Assembly: GCA_043228905.1 (NCBI GenBank)
Contig: JBHGNT010000003.1
Coordinates: 18,724,001 to 18,788,000 of the forward strand
Length of the DNA stretch: 64,000 nt
From: Azolla caroliniana
Taxonomy: Eukaryota > Plantae > Polypodiophyta
Direction of reading: 5' to 3'
The position numbers and the translations under genes are program-made. Numbering within the stretch: the stretch's first letter is position 1; every line of letters starts with the position of its first letter. The notes under the pieces are model-generated. The model did not search any database and was not told the origin of the DNA. It saw only the letters and a program-made list of their open reading frames with translations. Positions 62,009-64,000 of the stretch are shown here, one piece after another.

Positions 62009-62589
62009 TACGATCTATACAACAATTACACACCAATAACTCTATACAATGATAATGACAACAACTTTCAACCACTGTTTGCCCTAGGTCATATATATAC
62101 TAATATGACTTTCGGGCTATTTACAGATATAGCCACGATGGGCTAACAAAAACATATTTATATCTATGTCCCTTCATCCGGAGAGACCTTCTCACCGGCC
62201 CTGCATCATCCGGTTCTCACTGTGTCTTCCTTGCTGGGTACTCATCATCCGGTTCTCACCGGGTCTTCCTTACCGGGTACTCATATCCCATCTGGAGGGA
62301 CTGAAATCCTAACATATTATAGGGAATTAATGTCAATGGCTCATTCATGATCATTGAAGTGTTTGTCAGTACTTCAGTCAACCCATTGTCAGGGCTTGTA
62401 TAAAGAGTGCTCACTGAGCACATTTTGATGTATAAAGTATTATTATTTGAATTAAGTTTTGTTGTCTGCTCACTTTGTCACTCTCTCATATACCATGTAT
62501 TCTCCATCTCTGTGTTTACCTAACTTTGTGCTATCATCCAACAGAGCCGGTTGTGTCTTTTAATTAGCTTCTGCATCTAACTCTTTTCA
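61570..62589 (+). mobile_element. 3' part of a copia-type LTR (related to 476-939) interrupted by a solo LTR
   Basis: CATTGAAGT...TGTCAGTACTT...CTTGTATAAA...TTTGAATT...TTAGCTTC..CTTTTCA parallels 711-939. Confidence 0.65.
61654..62314 (-). mobile_element. Solo LTR with a 5-bp TSD
   Basis: TGTCAAG...CCTAACA flanked by TATTA at 61649-61653 and 62315-62319. Confidence 0.88.
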
Positions 62590-63584
62590 CTCACATGAGC
62601 ATTTATGCGATAATGTAGGCAAATGATGACCTTTTGGGCAATCCAAAGTAGGTTTCACATACAATCTAGATATGCGTATATTTGGTAATCAATATTGGCC
62701 TTGCCTAGTCTAGATACCCCAATTCCAAAGTTGGTGATTGGGAAACCATGGAAAGATTAGTAGTGAAGATCATTATTTCTAGAACACACACTAATGACAT
62801 GTACCATAAGTTGGTTGATGATAGAACTTGGTTAGAGAAGAAAGTTTTGGATACATGGTGTATTACCCAATGTATAAAATGATTGTGTCAAGTTTTAGAT
62901 GTAGGATGACATTCTCATCTTACATTTCTTGCAAAGGTGTTTCTTTGGCATGCAATGGTCAATGAATTGTGTTTGACGTTGGCTTTAAAACAAAGACATG
63001 TTTGAAATGTGACATGTTTTCATTGTACGTTGAGTTACAAATGATTAATAAGTGTTTGAATTAATCTATTTCATAGAACTAAGTGTTTTCGTTAGGGTCA
63101 AGTTTAAGAGTCCTTCAAAGAGTTCACTAATAAACATTAAGTAGTCAGTGAGTACACTCAAAGGTGGATTAGCACCTGGTAGTCTTCATCCACTTCACCA
63201 ACAAAAAGATTGAACATTTACTCATTCCCAACAACGATCTAACATGGAAAGAAATTGTTACTTAATTGTGAAATCCTGTTGTAGCAAAGTTAAGTGCATG
63301 CATGTGAATTCTAGGTGAGACCGTTGAGGACATCAACCAAGGAAGATGGGTTTGACAGTTGAGTTAATGATTTAAGAATCCCTTTTAATTTATCATTGTA
63401 GTTGGAGATCAACTTTCTTCAAATATTTGAGATACACCTTTTCATTGTATTTGTGTGCGTGTGAGCTTTTATGTGCAAGTGCTAGTACGCGAGTACATGT
63501 GTAACTATGTGTTCAAGCTATGTAAAAAGTGTGAATTCACATATACGACTATGGAAATATATGTTTGTTTATGTATTTATGCGT

Positions 63585-64000
63585 TGTCGTGGAGATTCAC
63601 AACCATAGTGAGAAAACTGGGCCAATGGGAATATCGGCGGGGTGTGGCGTGAGCACTCACCCTTGTATACACGTGTAAGATAATGGGGTGCCTTTATGGC
63701 TCTAAATAGGAGTTAAGTTGGGATAGAGAATCCCATGTAATACGGGATTTATCCCACATTGTTATGCACCTCCCTCCTTGTGCTATAAAAGGAAGGGAGG
63801 GTCCCTTGTAAAAAGGGGTTGCCCATTTTGAGTTAGGAGGGTACACCACTTAGATCTAGGGTTCAATAGTTTTCTCTTCTTCTTATTTCTTTATTTTCCT
63901 TAGGGTTTTTCTACTTTGGTCTTCTTCACCCTATTTCGCTTTAAGGTTTTGTTGAGGTTTTCTTCGTCGTCGTCGTATAGATTGAGTCTTTCTATTTGTC
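63585..64000 (+). mobile_element. Diverged LTR of the Trp-PBS element family (runs off the window end)
   Basis: TGTCGTGGAGATT start. Shares TTTATCCCACATTGT, CCTCCCTCCTTG..CTATAAAAGGAAGGGAGGG, GGGGTTGCCCATTTTG and ACCACTTAG with 46906-47436. Confidence 0.85.

Overview
Eukaryotic land-plant nuclear DNA. A non-seed plant such as a fern is inferred from the element types, not proven. A central gene island (about 11.9-35.1 kb) holds four genes: a 12-exon membrane-anchored A1 aspartic protease (+), a 3-exon small plastid-targeted membrane protein (+), a 3-exon CYSTM cysteine-rich protein (+) and an intronless mitochondrial cysteine desulfurase NFS1 (-). Both flanks are dense transposon nests. The left flank (1-10.4 kb) has Ty1/copia fragments and one full-length copia (3806-8847, TSD GAGAA). 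The right flank (35.5-64 kb) has a 5'-truncated LINE, a 3.2-kb foldback TIR element with a palindrome array, a copia, a non-autonomous tRNA-Trp-primed Gypsy-type element, two Ty3/gypsy chromoviruses and several solo LTRs. The most striking signals are: (i) tRNA-shaped A-box/B-box (Pol III) modules built into the LTRs of several unrelated elements; (ii) chromoviruses with no tRNA primer site that appear to self-prime, with co-varying pairing, and carry a conserved -1 frameshift signal; (iii) a foldback element with a 4-bp TSD that captured and mirrored the tRNA-like LTR end. All splice models and coordinates were read by eye.
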